This document shows, piece after piece, positions 35,928 to 50,102 of a stretch of DNA of 64,000 bases. The position numbers and the translations under genes were made by a program. The notes under the pieces are model-generated. The model was not told the DNA's origin. It made no database searches and saw only the letters and a program-made list of their open reading frames with translations. This DNA comes from Lama glama (taxonomy: Eukaryota). The stretch is from positions 10,480,001 to 10,544,000 of the forward strand of contig CM052817.1 in assembly GCA_028534125.1 (NCBI GenBank), in the 5' to 3' direction. How positions within the stretch are numbered: the first letter of the stretch is position 1; each line of letters opens with the position of its first letter.

Positions 35928-38487
35928 TACACTAGATGTTTCTTAATTATTCAAATTATTCAAAATAATGGATGGTTAGCTGAGTGTGGAGAAAGGAGAG
36001 GCTAAAGATAAGACCAAAGCAGAGTTAATAACTTTAGGTTTCTTCATTTTTTGACAAAGCTGGTGGTAAACAATAGTGAGGACAATAGTGACGATGATTA
36101 AATGCACTGCTGTCCCTGTCCCAGTCCCTTTCTGCTGGGACCAGGATTAGGTGAGCCAGCGATGACTCAGCACGAGAAACAAGAGCTCTGGTTATTCTAC
36201 AAGCCAGAAAATGCACGCCTGGCTAATTGGGTGTTGCTGGAGAAAACTGGATTGTTATCTTGAATACAAAGCAAACTCTGACCCCCCCTGTGCACATTAG
36301 ATGCATTCTGGAGCCGTTGTGGGTAATGTGAATAGCTGCATATTGAGTCATTATTCATTGACTTGCTTACTCTGGCAGAGAAGTTTTCCCAGAGGAAGAA
36401 AAATGATCCCAAACTATGATTAAAACTCATACTTTAAGAATTTTAATAATCATATCAAAAGCCTTCTGTATTTCTCAATGCCTGGGCGTTTATCTACTCC
36501 ATAGCCCTACAAGTGAACTGTGAATCCATATGATCATCTTATGTTCATTCACTATGATGTTTCTATTATATCCAAACGTCTTATTTGATAAACACTCCAC
36601 CCTCCACCCGTTAATGAATGATTATGTTACTTAGTATTTTGCCCAAATTATCACATCAGTGACGCCCCATGTACATTTGTCCCCTTTAAGTATTCCTGAA
36701 AGTGGTAATGGGGGCCTCCAAGACTCAAAGCATATAAAACACATATTTTCCCTCAAAATATGGCTGCCAAGATTAACTAAAATATCAAGTTTCTTTGCTT
36801 TAAGCAGGAATTTAGAAACTCTGTATGATAACAGTGCTTATCTCCTGTAATCAGAAGCTCTATCTTTCAACAGCAAACAAAGGGAAAACAAGATCATTGT
36901 CATGTCATAAGTGCAGTTTGTAGACAAAAATCTTCTAAAATGTGAAAACCTAGGGTGGGGAATTAATAAAGATACCCATGTAAGCTTAAAAATGCAAATA
37001 AATAAGATGCATTTTCCCTCTGAAAAAAACTGATAAAGGTGGGTTTTATTGAGGGGGGAGGGTTGATAGTGGTAACTATTCATCTACCCACTGGAGAATC
37101 ATTTATTCAGCTTCTTTTGAATGCTGAGAGTTATACCAGCTACCAGGAAAAATAGAAGAAATGGAGGAACATAGACATGGATCCTGTCTTCAAGGAGTTG
37201 CCAGTCTAGAAGGGAAAAATGTTTTAATAAGTAATTATTTATGTAACAGGTATGAATTCACATATATGCATGTCCGTGTGGATATTCTTCAATTTATTTC
37301 ATAAGCTGAGTCTAATGCAATGAAAGGGAAAAGTGAAGAGTGTTTAAAAGAATTTTCAAGATGAAATTGAGTCTACGAGTTTTAAATGGCTTGAAACCAA
37401 ATGCTATTCTGACAACTTTTACTCTCACTGCTATCTTTAGATGTAAGACACATGGGCAAAACTCGAGATCTGCATATTCCAGGCAGCCAATCGGGATGCA
37501 TGTCGTCACTGACCTAATGGCTGCTCTATCATTTTTCCAAAAATATCCTCCAGATAATCATCCCTGGAGGGGGAAAAAAAAAAAGAGGGGGGAGGGAGCT
37601 GTGATCAACTTAACTGAATACCTTCTCTCCATCTTAGAGATTCATGACACACCTTCTCGTATGAAAAGCTAGCTGAGGTATTGCATCAAAGAACCTAGTA
37701 TAGTATGAAAACCAGTCTTTCCCAAACTTACTTGATCATGGACAGAATTTTTTTTGCGTAGCATCTATTTACTGGCACCCTGTGGAATCAGTGTTCCCTA
37801 CAACATTCTCCTGGAAATACTGCAGTAACAGACAACAAATATATATGTACCACTTTTAAAAGAATATCCATAGACCATTTGTGCTGTTGACCCGAGTGAC
37901 ACTTTACAGGGATTAAACTGCTGTACCCTGCTGGGCACATTTCCAGAACCTGATGTTTACATAGTGAAGAAAACTGTGCAAATTGAAATTCAAAATAAGT
38001 AGGTATGTAAGACGGAACAACCTGTAAGATGAAAGGTTATGAGTAAAATGTAAGAGAAAAAAAAACAATTTTACACAGAGCGGCCAACCTGCTGTTAAAT
38101 ACCCTTTAGGAACTGCTTGGTTTTTCTTTTTTTTTTCTTCTTGACGTACACATGATTCAATTGTTTTAGCCAATTCTTACATGATCACTTTGTAAGCTGG
38201 GGATTACTCCTTCAGAGAAAGCGAAACAGTGAGAGTGTGAGTTGGAATCTTATTTGCCTCCACTCTAGATCCTGCTTTGGCACATTGCTTTCAACAGTGA
38301 CAGCGAAAATGCCTACAGAGAGCCATGGGGAGGTCCTCAGCTTGACAGAGTATATTCTTAAGATCAATAAAGTGAGTCAAAATAATTTTATTTCCAGTAT
38401 GTTAGTTCTGCAGAGGATGAGTATCCCTTTCGCCCTTTGTTTTTTTGCAGCATAAAAAAATCACTTAAAAATAACCCTCCTTCTCAG

Positions 38488-38820
38488 GGGGTACTAGGTT
38501 TCAGCCATTCAACATAAGAAAGTCCTAGAGATCTACTGTACTGCACAAGGCCTGCAGTTACTGGTAACGAACGGTACACTTACAAGTTTGCTAGGAAGGT
38601 AGATCTTATGTTAAGTGCTCTTAGCCCCTGAAATGAATAACAATAATAAAAAATAAAGAGGGCGGGAGAAAACTTTTGGAGAGAGAAGGTATATTTATGG
38701 CCTAGATTGCGGTGATGGTTTCATGGATGTATCCTTTTCTCCAAACTCATCAAGTCATATACAGCAATTGTGTACAGCTTTTTGTATGTCAATTGTTCTT
38801 CAATGAAGTGGTTTGAAAAA
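38488..38820 (+). mobile_element. Old LINE-1 3' UTR fragment (L1MA/L1MB-like)
   Basis: ctagagatctactgtac...ggtagatcttatgttaagtgctctta...ggtgatggtttcatggatgtat...aaactcatcaagt...tgtacagctttttgtatgtcaatt. Confidence 0.8.
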
Positions 38821-40909
38821 GGAAATAGATTGATGCAAAAAAAGTATACTTTAAATATATATACATATATATATATAAATATAATAAATAAACTCTCTGT
38901 GTCCAGACACAGAGTTCAGCTCTGAATGGCTAGCATCATGGTAACCATCAAAACTCAACTCATTGAGGTTAAATAGGTCTTGCCTTTATCGGATCCCCAT
39001 TGACTTAGTCAAGCAGCTTTAACCACCAGGAATAAACAATACAAATGTTCTTTAGTTTACGTAACACTGCCTTTCATGTACTAGCTGCAAGACAAAAATA
39101 GTCATGCTAATAATAACAAGCATTTACTAAGGAATTACCACATTCCAGCAAAGGAACAACATCTTTGAATTCATAACCTTATCCAATGGGCATAAATTAT
39201 AAAGAGGCAGGATTCTTCTCAATACAGGGAAGAATTTCTTAAGCATAAAAGCAACCTAAAGGTCACCCGGGCTGATTCAAGGGATGGGAAGCACTCCCTC
39301 TGTCAGGGCCTGGCAGCCCAAATTCAAGGCATTTTGCAGGGAAGTTAGGGGCAGGGGGTACTTAGGCAGTGAATGGTAGTTAAAGATGACAAACTCTAAG
39401 CTCCCTTATTCCAAAACTTAGTCTTCTGGCCATTTACATACTTAGTCTGCATAATATCATTTTTAAACTGCTGATAAAACTGTCCTCAAATGACTGAGTA
39501 CATGCAGGCTTGGACTTCTTGCAAAATTAGAAGTAAATCAATGAGCCTTTTCTTTTGTGGCCTCCTTCCTCAAGGGTGACTACAAAGATCCATAAACAGG
39601 CTCATAAAAAATGCAAGTTAAATCGGAGTCAGTTCTCAATTACCCACAATGATAGCTGGAGCAAATGGACAGATCATCCAAAACAGCAGGTAAGGGCCAA
39701 AAATGTTCACATGTGGCCGTTAAATCTTGTGCTCTGCTTGCTCCATGATTAAGAGGTGACTTTTGCTGAAAAAAATATCCACTTCCTTGACAGAATTCTG
39801 GTTCTCCTATTTAAAAAAAAAATCCCTATATTAAATTAATTAGAATCGATTAAACTATTAATAGGAATTAGCATCAATATATATTTTTAATTTTCCTCTG
39901 GACTTGCTGAAGTTCAGACCATCTAAATGAAAATCTGAGGCAGAAAAGGGCAAAATTATTGCACACAAAAGCTGCCATAGTATATGGGTTAGCAAACCTA
40001 AATTGTGAAGCTCATTACCTTTTCATAGACAAGAGTGCTTTGCGTCATAAAGACAGCTCGCACCACACCTCCCGACACGGGGAGGCTCCTTGCCGTATCT
40101 CATCCCTGAAGCTCTGCATTTGCTCTCTTGATAGGGTTGGGCTGCAGGACAGTTTCTAGATGGTATAAGCCAAAAGGCTAGAGAGGGAAGGGACAGTGCC
40201 CTTTGGAGGTAGCTTCAAAGAATTTTAGGGAACTGGAGATAAAGTATGAATTTCTTAAGTCATGAACCAGGGCTCAGCAGAGTAAGAAAAAGCTTAACTT
40301 CATTTCTATTTTGTTTAAATAAAAAATTAAAACAACAAAACTAATTCAAGACAGAACAAAATGACACGTCTGGGAGAGACCTCTGGACTAGAAAAGTACA
40401 AGACTTGGGCTCTAATCCGAGTCTGTCAACAATTACCTATGAGGCGGTAGGCAAATTACTTAACATCTCTGTTTCTCAGTTTCCGTATGCTAGCAACAGC
40501 TACTACTCGTTGAAAGCTCTCTTACTATGTCTTGGCTACTTCTTTTCAAGCACTTTTGCAATTTATCTCACAGGATCCTCTCAACAACCTTATAAACTAG
40601 GTATAATTAGCAACTCCATTTTACAGATGACAAAAGTAAGGCGTTGAAAGCAATGTGCAAAGCAGGGTCTAGAGTGGAGGCAAATAAGATTCCAACTCAT
40701 GCTCTCAGTCATCACGCTATACTGACTCTGCTAGGAAGTGTGAGGGTTGAATGATACGTTCTCTCAGCATCCTTTAGTGCTTATTCTGCGATTCTGCAAT
40801 ATTGCAAAATATCTGTTAAAAAAACAATTTTAAAGCCTCAGAAGGGATGCCCATTTCAAGAAGTATTTATCCTTCGAGACCCAGATCAAATGTTGCCCCC
40901 TCTATACCC

Positions 40910-40980
40910 CGTATAATATATATGAATGTATATGTATATACATATGCATATATGCCCTGTGTCTGTATATATGCATGTGA
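40910..40980. repeat. Degenerate (TA/TG/CA) dinucleotide tract
   Basis: gtataatatatatgaatgtatatgtatatacatatgcatatatg. Confidence 0.8.
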
Positions 40981-42911
40981 GCCTGTGTCTCCTGCGTGAG
41001 ATGGGCAGTGTTTTCAGTCCTGGCTTTGGCCCTCCTCAAAACATGTGGTACTGTCATTCCCTTGCCTTCTTTACCTACTTGGTGGCTAACTCTTCTAGGT
41101 CTAGACCATGACTTGTTCATTTTTGTGTGACCTAAGAAGCTGTAACATAATAGGTGCTCAATAAATACTGTATTTATCCATAAGTACTTATTTAATAGCA
41201 TATAAGCTGTACAAGTGTTGACACTTCCTGATGGTGACAAAATTTGAGAATAAGGCATTATAAGAACCTGGCCCCCTTTCCCCACCACCCATGAAGTCAC
41301 CTCCTCCTACACCATCAAACTGACTTCTTTTGGCCCTAACCTCAGGACCTTGAATTTCCTGTTCTCTTGCTTGAAAGAGCCTTTACTCAGGTCCTCATGA
41401 CTCACTGTCTATCTCTGCTAAGATGTCAGTGAGAGTCCTTCATGGACCACCTCCAGCCGGGAGCAATGCCGTCACTCCCAGCACCCTCCCCACTGGCTAC
41501 CTCTTCCTGTCCATGGCATTTTCTCTGACCTGAAAGGGGCGCAACATATTCTGAGATAGCCTGTTTTTCCTCCACTCAGATGAAAGAGCCACAAAATTAG
41601 AACCTGTCATGTATCCTCAGTGCCTACAATGGTGCCTCGCGCATTGAGGGCAAAGACTGTAGATAAATAAATGGATGGATACAATACTTCTCATCATACA
41701 AATGTTAAAAATCTTTTTTAAGGGGCTTGTTATAATAGTGATAAATTTATGTGCAACTTTAGGTTGATAATCCAAAGTCCATCTCTGGTCAGTTTTCTGG
41801 CCTATGGCTTGTTCTCAACATGAATGTTCTTTAAATGTGAAGAAAACTACCAATAGGATGTGAAGTTCTTTTTTTCTTTTTTTTTTTGCCATGACATTCA
41901 GGTACCTATGCTCCAACACTAAGAAGTGGTCTGAGCAATAGGGGTTCATTGGATGCAGGGGAAATTGTGGGCACACGGGTGGAGGGGAAATTCCCTTCGT
42001 GCTGGCAGCTGGGTAGTTGTGTGTTGAAGGCTTGCCTCTCGGGGTTCCTCTCAAAGTCATGATTCCTGTCTCATTCACCTGAGCCTGCAGTAATGGGGCC
42101 AGACAGGCTGAAGGAGCACTTTGTCTGCTTGTTGAGTGAATGAAGCCAGCACTACATTCAGAAGCTTCTCTCTAGTTCCATTTCAAGTTTCTTCTGCCTG
42201 CGGTGCTCCCTCACCTGGGCCACAGCAAAGTAAGAAAGCCAAGTCAGCCCCCCGGGAGACGCCCCTCCCAGAACTGCATTTACAATCTGTACCTTTTGAG
42301 CCATGTTAAGACTTTTTAGATACTCCCAGCCCAGCATAAAGCAAACCCAAATTACAGGGAGGGAGAGACGGTATACAAATCTGAGTCCACTCCCTCCTCA
42401 AATTTGGCCTTTGAGACTCAAAAATGTTGCATAATGAATAATTAAAGAATTCATAGAGAATCTTTCCCAAGAGGTGGGTGAGCACTTAGGAGGTACTGAC
42501 CAATGTTTGTATATATTGTTCTTGTCACCTAGTTCACTGAGAGGTATTCAGATCTTTATTTTAGAGACATAGGAAGGGAAATCCAGAGATATAAAATGAT
42601 TTGCAGATAGTGACACCACCCATCATTGGTGGAATCTGAGTCTGAGGTCTGTTTACTCGGCCAGAGAACTAAAAAAGTTCGATTTTAATAAGAAGTTGCC
42701 TGGTTCTGTCTTTTGCTACTGCGTGTCCACAGGAGAAGCAGAACAGCTTCTTGGAGAATTCAAGGCTACCGACACCTATTCACTGGCATACACTTGAGTT
42801 ATTAGTAATGGCAAGAAATTGCTACATCAAATATTTAAATGTCTATCTATCTGGATGGAAGGTAGGCAGAGAAGAGGGGAGGGAAAGACGGAGGGAGGGA
42901 GAGAAACAATA

Positions 42912-43425
42912 TACAAAAAGACAATGGCCAGACTACATATAAAAATAGAACTTTGACCCACAACCTGCCCCAACCTGCCCAGGGACCCAACGCTTACCTA
43001 CAACAAACGGCCCAGGAAGCCAGCCTGCTGAAACCAGACTTGCAGGAAGCCTGATCACTCTCTCTAGCGACAACCCAAAAAGCTAAACAACAGCTTCTGT
43101 AACAATCAGTTTAATTGGCCAGAACTCGATTAATAACTGATTACTTGATTATTCCTTAGGTTTTGTCCCCAATTCCAACTTAAGGCCAACCAGAAAAAGC
43201 CAAATTTGCACCCAACCCGTTACATGGGATGCCCCACGTCTAGTCGGCCCTCCTCTTGCTTCCCCGTGGCAAGAGCCTCTAATCAGGGCACATCTGAAAC
43301 CTTCCTGGTTCCCACTAAAAGCTTTCCCAGTCCTGCCAAAATAAAGTGATGGTGGCTGACTCTCTCACTGGAGTAGGCTCTGAATAAACTACCTTTACTT
43401 TCCTTATTTGGTTGATGTTGGTATA
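42912..43425 (+). mobile_element. ERV1-type LTR (MER89/MER90-like, family uncertain)
   Basis: acaatggccagactacatataaaaatagaactttgacccacaacctgc...cccaggaagccagcctgct...ctaaaagctttccc...gtgatggtggctgactc...ctctgaataaa. No TSD resolved. Confidence 0.7.
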
Positions 43426-45832
43426 TGTATTTAAAGATACATATATCTGATATCTATAAACACATATATTTTATATATATGGTCGTATATCCCACTTAAC
43501 CAATGAATTATTGTTCATTTAATATTTTCTTTAAATATATTCTTTAGAAAATTTTTAAAATTTTTTTTAAAAATAAATTTTCACACTTCTATCTTAAAGA
43601 GCGATAGCCTAGTCATTTTCTAATATATATTAAATTAGATATCTGTTAAATTCAATCTATTCATTCAGTTACCACATGAAAACATGTCACATACTATCAG
43701 TATTTATGTGGGTGGCTTAGTTAAGCAAAGACTGAATTTAGGAATAAAAAAACTTGGGTTCAAAGTCAGTTTTACCACTCACTCAGTGTCCCAGGACAAG
43801 TGATCTAAATTCTGAGTCTTGGGACCTCACCTGATGAATACCTGTAATTCCAAACTAGGGGAGTTATGGTGAAGATGACACTCACTGGTACTTACGAATG
43901 TACCAGGTACCGGCAGGTGCTCAACGAATACGTTTATATTTTGACAAATGCAAAATAACAGGAGGCAGGAAGGATGGAGAAAAACTGCAGCACCAGAATG
44001 AAGTTCCTTGAGTTTGTTCAAATCCAAACTAGTATCCAGAGTCTATCATTGGTCAACTGCACAACAGGCAGGAAATGTTCATTTGAATTAAGTGAAGTGC
44101 TGACAGTGAAAAGCTATTTACACCACCTTAGTGGAATCACAAGATCTTATCTATAAGGAAGGCTTTAAGGGGAAGGAGGACCAGCCTGCAGTTGTTTACA
44201 ACCTGACAGTCTTTACCAATAATGTGTGTCCAATGGCTGTTTAGGGTGTCTTTGTATGATGGTCAGAATTAAAGCAAAGAAAGAGAAAAATCTTCAGCAG
44301 ATGACAAAACCATCCCGAATCCATCTTTGCACATTTTCCAGAAAAGACTGGATCTCTTTCAAAAGCTTTAAATAGCCCCTAACAGTAAGAAATCTGGAAC
44401 ACGGAAATTGTATATGTACATTCTAGGTGTATGTGTGTAATTATTTTTTAACAATGTTCACAATAATGTGGGTCAGGTTGCTTTAGAAAATTGGCATAAT
44501 TATGGTGGTTCGATGGCAGGTTATTTCGTAAGTAACCGTATAGATTGATACATCCACTGAAACACGCTGAAATGATAGGCAAAGGTGCTGTTTCCTCTCG
44601 GTATAACATAGAAGCAGAACCAGTAAGTCAGGTAGATGCTCCCAGAGGCACAGGTTCCTAATTCCCTGACTCTAAGAGGATGCAGAATGCAGCCAAAAGA
44701 AACTGGAACTAAAAGGGCAATGTTACCCAGATGATGCCCCCAGGGGAGGCACAGTGGAGTTTCTGCACAGAGAAAGAAACCACCTTGGCAATTTCCAAAC
44801 GAAAAAGTTGGTGTATTGGGGTGATGAAAAGCCAGGCCAGATATCTCTGTCCATGGAGCCTGCCTGCAGGTCGAGGTACAATTTACATCACTCTTTGTGA
44901 ACTAGGAAGATCAGGGTGTGGGAAAAGCAGTGGAAATGTGGCTCAGAACCCCTTTGTCCAAGGCACTCCTCACTGAGCTTTACCCTTCTTGCATCCTGAA
45001 TTATTCTTCAAACACAACAGATAACATTTTGCTTTTAAAGAGAGAGACCTCACATCATCTATGAAATACTTATTTTGCCCTACTAATTCCCAGAGTCTCT
45101 TTCCTTATATCTCCCTCAAGCTAATTTTAATCTAATAGCTCACTCTTCCTACCCTAACATTAAACATCCTAATTTCCCAAGTTTGGGTAAGTCTTCACTT
45201 TTCATTTCTTTGTTTTGCTTTTCAAAGTGGAGGCAGATCCTCTTTAGTAAAATAGATGGACATGTAATAATAGAACGTTAATGTGACAAGGAGCCCTGGA
45301 TATTAACCAGCCCAAGTTTTACAGGTAAATGGAAACTCAGGAAGGTTTACTTATAAATATTCCCAAGGCCATAAGATCGGCCACTGATGGACTGTCCTCC
45401 TCTTAACTACGTCCGCTGGAGAGCAAGCAAAGATTTTCCCCGGGGATCCAGTGCTCTCCAGATTTCTGCAAGTTGTGTTTGTTGCTTAATTTTGCACATG
45501 AGGATGAGAGGGCTTAATTAAAAGAATAAGGAAATGGGATGGAGGTTGGGGAGAGGAAAAGAACCATAATATGGGCATAATGTTGGGGGGAAAGGAATGA
45601 ACGATGAAAACTGAATAGAAAAGCACAGGAAAACTTGGCAGCCGAGGCAGGGCAAACTCTTCGTGCAGGAAGACACGTGAGAAATAGAGTCTTCCCTCAA
45701 GAGGCTTAAAGAAATCAGCTCACCCAGAAACTTGCCTTTTAGGATACAAAAAGAGAGAGAATTAAACAATTCAGTACAGTATTAGGCAAAGTGTAATATC
45801 AACATGAAATATGTTTAACCACTCAAAAACTA

Positions 45833-47144
45833 AAATCAGTGAAGTTAGAACACTCCCTCACACCATACACAAAAATAAACTCAAAATGGTTTAAAGACTT
45901 AAATAGAAAACAAGACACTATAAATCTCTCAGAAGGAAACATAGGCAAAACATTATCCAACATAAATCTCAGCAATGTTCTCCTACAGCACACTACCCAA
46001 GCAATAGAAATAGAAGCAAAAATAAACAAATGGGGCCTAATTAAATTTATAAACTTTTGCACAGTCAAGGAAGCCATAAGCAAACAAAAAGACAGCCTGC
46101 AGAATGGGAGAAAATATTTGTAAAAGGTGAGACTGACAAGGGCTTGATTTCCAGGATATATAAACAGCTCATAAAACTTAATAAGAAAAAAAGCAAACAA
46201 GCCAATCCAAAAAATGGGCAGAAGACCTAAACAAGCAATTCTCCAGTGAAGAAATACAAATGGCAAATGGGCACATGAAAAAATATTCAATATTGCTAAT
46301 TATCAGAGAAATGCAAATCAAAATTACAATGAGGTATCACCTCACACCAGTCAGAATGGCCATCATTCAGAGGTCCATAAACAATAAATGCTGGAGAGGC
46401 TGTGGAGAAAAGGGAACCCTCCAACACTCTTGGTGGGGATGTAGTTTGGTGCAGCCATTATGGAAAACAGTATGGAGATTCCTCAAAATACTAAAATTAG
46501 ACTTACCATATGACCCAGCAATCCCATTCCTGGGCATATATCCAGAGGGAACCTTAATTCAGAAAGATACAAGCATTCCAATGTTCATAGCAGCACTATT
46601 TACAATGGCCAAGACATGGACACAGCCTAAATGTCCATTGACAGATGACTGGATAAAGAAGTTGTGGTATATTTATGCAATGTAATACTACTCAGCCATA
46701 AAAAAGAATAAAATGATGCCATTTGCAGCAACATGGTTGGACCTGGATTTTCCATCTGAGTGAAGTAAGCCAGAAAGAGAATGAAAAATACCATATGATA
46801 CCACTTATATGTGGAATCCAAAAAAAAAAAAAAAAGACAAATGAACCTATTTACAAAACAGAAACAGACTCACAGACATAGAAAACAAACTTATGGTTAC
46901 TGGTGGGGAAGAGGGTGGGAAGGGATAAACTGGGAATTAGAGATTTGCACATACTAATATATATAAAATAGATAAACAACAAGTTTACACTGTATAGCAC
47001 AGGGAACTATATTCAACATCTTATAGTAACTTACGGTGAAAACGAATATGAAAACGAATATATGTATGTTCCTGTATGTATGTTTCTGTACACGAGAAAT
47101 TGATGCAATATTGTAAACTGACTATGCTTCAATAAAAAAAAAAA
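45833..47144 (+). mobile_element. 5'-truncated, relatively young LINE-1 (ORF2 C-terminal ~300 codons, frameshifted, plus 3' UTR and poly-A)
   Basis: ORFs 45839-46123 (KLEHSLTPYTKINSKWFKDLN) and 46260-46685 ([54 protein letters not shown]) are L1 ORF2, including the Cys-rich domain. AATAAA at 47131 is followed by an A tail. Confidence 0.97.
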
Positions 47145-49234
47145 GGAAAGCATTCAAAAACCTACAAGTCAAAAAGGGAAAAAGTATAATTTTTTTTGTT
47201 TAAATGGATACCTCATGACAGTCAATTATATATATATATATATATAGTCTATACACAGACTATATATCCATTGACTATATGATTAATAGTCAATGATGTA
47301 TTTACAATGCAAATGTCATGATCACACAGCACAATAACCAATATAATGTCTGTCCTTCATACTGATGTAATTTTTGGCTGATGCAATGTAAAAATATCCC
47401 GGGCCGTCAGTCTCCGAAGGTTACCACTAGAATGGTTTACTTTTGAGGACGGGGCCGCATCACATGATCATATGCATCCCTGTGTCCTTAACAGGTACAG
47501 CCAAGGCTTTGTGCAAGATGAGAGCACAACAAATATTTGTTAAATGAGAGACAGTGATGATCGATGACAAGTAAAGGAGGGGGTAAGCATCCTCAAGGCT
47601 CCTCAAGACTTTTTGCCCCAGCAGACTGCTTGCAAAGGAAGTGCTAAACCCCATCAAGAAATTAAAGCCACATTTAAAACTCAAATGAGATTTTTTTTTT
47701 TTTTACTGGGAGGACTTGGATATCGATCTATGGTCTGCTAATATGTGAAAACTGGTCCAGTCATCATTAACCAGATCCTAAAAATACAGACAAGCCCTGG
47801 AATTAACACAGAAAAAGCCAGAGTCTTTGCCTCCCAGAAAATTCAAGTGCTTCTCCTTTCTTATTGTATTTCAAATGATTCCAGATCTCAAAGCAAGCAT
47901 CATCTTTCACGTTAAAAACAAACACAAACCTACTAGCCCTCCCTTCTCGTGCTGCGAATTCTGTTTCTCGTAATAAGAGGCCTTGTAAGTTCAGCCTTGA
48001 TGTGTCTTATTATTTATCATAAGGCAACACTGTTGAAAGATAACATATATTTGTTTACAGAGGATCGGTCAAGGTAACGGTGCTGGATTACATGAAATTC
48101 AGCCCCAAATTCAAGTTTAAAACTTATCATTTTCTCTTTGAATGGCAACTGAAAGAAAAAATACAAAACCACTAGCTCAGCCAGAGAGCAGGAGGAGGAG
48201 GAGGGGAATTCGCAAATCTCTGAAAAATAAAGCTGCATAATCTGCTATATTTCAGGCTGCCTTTATCCTCCAAATCCCCCATCTTTGTTTAAGCTACAAA
48301 CGGACTTCATAAAAATCAGCTCACTGGCCTCCCCTATTATACACCTCCCTGCACAAATCAAATGAAGCTTTGGCTGAAAAGCTGATAAAAAAAAAAATAC
48401 ACTACTACCAACACATGAGCAAGCTGATGTATTTAAAAAGTGGTTATCATTTCTAATTCTTTCCTTTCTCTGCGGGGAATAGATCATCTTTCTCAGGAGC
48501 ACACACGACTCTGGCACTGAGCACACTTTGCCCCTGCATTTGTTTTCAATAGGGATAGTCTAAAATCACTACGGCACAAAGTGTTTCATCATTAGCATTG
48601 ATTTTTAACACCTTGGGAGGGAAGTTAACAGTGGTAACGCAACTGTTTAATATCAGGGCATCACCAAGACCACCTCCTAATATTTGCACTCATGACGGAG
48701 TTTTTTCCTGAAGAAACAAATTCTTCTTGGGCTGAAAACAATGCTGGCAAGTGATCAACCAGGTACATGAAGTCTATGCTGTCTCATTTTGTTCTACTTT
48801 TTGTTTTGTTGATAATGAATTCTAGATTCTGGCCGGCAACCTCAGAAAGAGACAGATCCTTCTTGGGTTTTTTTTTTTTTTCCCCCTAGCTTTCCCCTGA
48901 TTACTGGCATTATAGGGAGGATCCTAAGATGTCCAGAATCCATGTCTTTTGTAACTCTGCTTTAATTCTGGGGCCTCCCACCCAAATCTCAAGGCCCCCT
49001 CTACACAGCCCCAGAGTGCCAGAAATCTCTGCTTCGGCCGTCATCGCAGTGACAAGTGTACATTGTCTGATCTTTGATTAATGCCTGTCTCCTCTGTGAC
49101 ACTGGATTCCAGGAGAGCAGAGACTGTTATTCATCTCTGAGTATTTTATGCCCAGCCTAGTGAACTGGGCGTGATGAAGACTCAATAACTGTACCACTTA
49201 CCACATTATAGGTTTTTTTTCCTAATAATAGTAT

Positions 49235-49445
49235 TAGCTAATATTTACAGAGTAGGTACTCCAAACCAAGCACTTCACCTACATTAATCTCATTTATTCC
49301 TTCCTCAAACTCTATAAGGTGGCTATGAATATCAGCGTATTTTTCAGATGAGAAATGGAGGCTTAGAGGGGCTAAGTCATTTGCCCAGATATGAAAGCAT
49401 GGGATAGAATCGGCATTTAAATTCACACAGGCTGACCTCAGAGCA
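49235..49445 (-). mobile_element. MIR SINE
   Basis: tagctaatatttac...cattaatctcattta...tttcagatgagaaatggaggcttagaggggctaagtcatttgcccag. Confidence 0.85.
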
Positions 49446-49949
49446 CCAGGGCTGACCCAGTACACTCATCTTCTCTCATCGCTGCTACCCACGCGGGGCC
49501 AAGAAATCCCCAGGATAAGACAGTCATGTCTCATTCATCATTGCAATGCCTGACACCAGGTACTAAGCTCCTTGTTCTGAGACATTTCTAATACGCACTA
49601 CAACCCTGTTCTGTTGAGTATTATCACTGTTTCTGTCCCCACTGATTGTCAGGAACACGGCAAGTTGGATTTCAAGTGACTTCTTGGAAGCCTTATGGAA
49701 TGTAAGAAGCAGAGTTCAGTTTAAATTCCTGTTTGCTGGACAAAGCTTTCCCAGTGCTTCCCCAAAGGAGTTGGAATTGGAGAGACAGAGGGAAGGAAGG
49801 GAGAAAACAAATAAGCAGACTGCTGTTGGTCACCTAAGCAATCAGTAGGAAGAGAAAGGACAGAAGAAAAAGGAAAATGGAGAGAGTCAAATAAAACAGT
49901 GTTCTGGGCTCATAGGTGGGCTTCAGGGAGGCCTTTGTTGAAGTAGAGC

Positions 49950-50036
49950 ACAGAGGAATGGAACAGAGTGGAAGGGAGTGGAATAGGATGGGTTGAAATA
50001 GAATGAAATGGAACAGACTGGGTTGAAACAGAATTA
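49950..50036. repeat. Degenerate pentamer repeat (GGAAT/AGAAT-like)
   Basis: ggaatggaacagagtggaagggagtggaataggatgggttgaaatagaatgaaatggaacagactgggttgaaacagaat shows 5-bp periodicity. Confidence 0.7.
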
Positions 50037-50102
50037 AAACACATGGCCAGCTCTGCATTTGGCACAGGCTTATTGCAACCACTGGCATCTAGGTTTACTC
50101 AT

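Noticed and set aside
40380..40725. Oppositely oriented MIR pair as a hairpin or miRNA precursor
   Set aside because: The copies are too diverged and overlap too little in consensus coordinates to form a convincing stem.
45823..46290. 155-aa minus-strand hydrophobic ORF
   Set aside because: It is the antisense reading of L1 ORF2, a common spurious ORF.
49950..50036. Satellite or CRISPR-like array
   Set aside because: A short degenerate pentamer microsatellite with no repeat-spacer structure. CRISPR is not expected in mammalian DNA.
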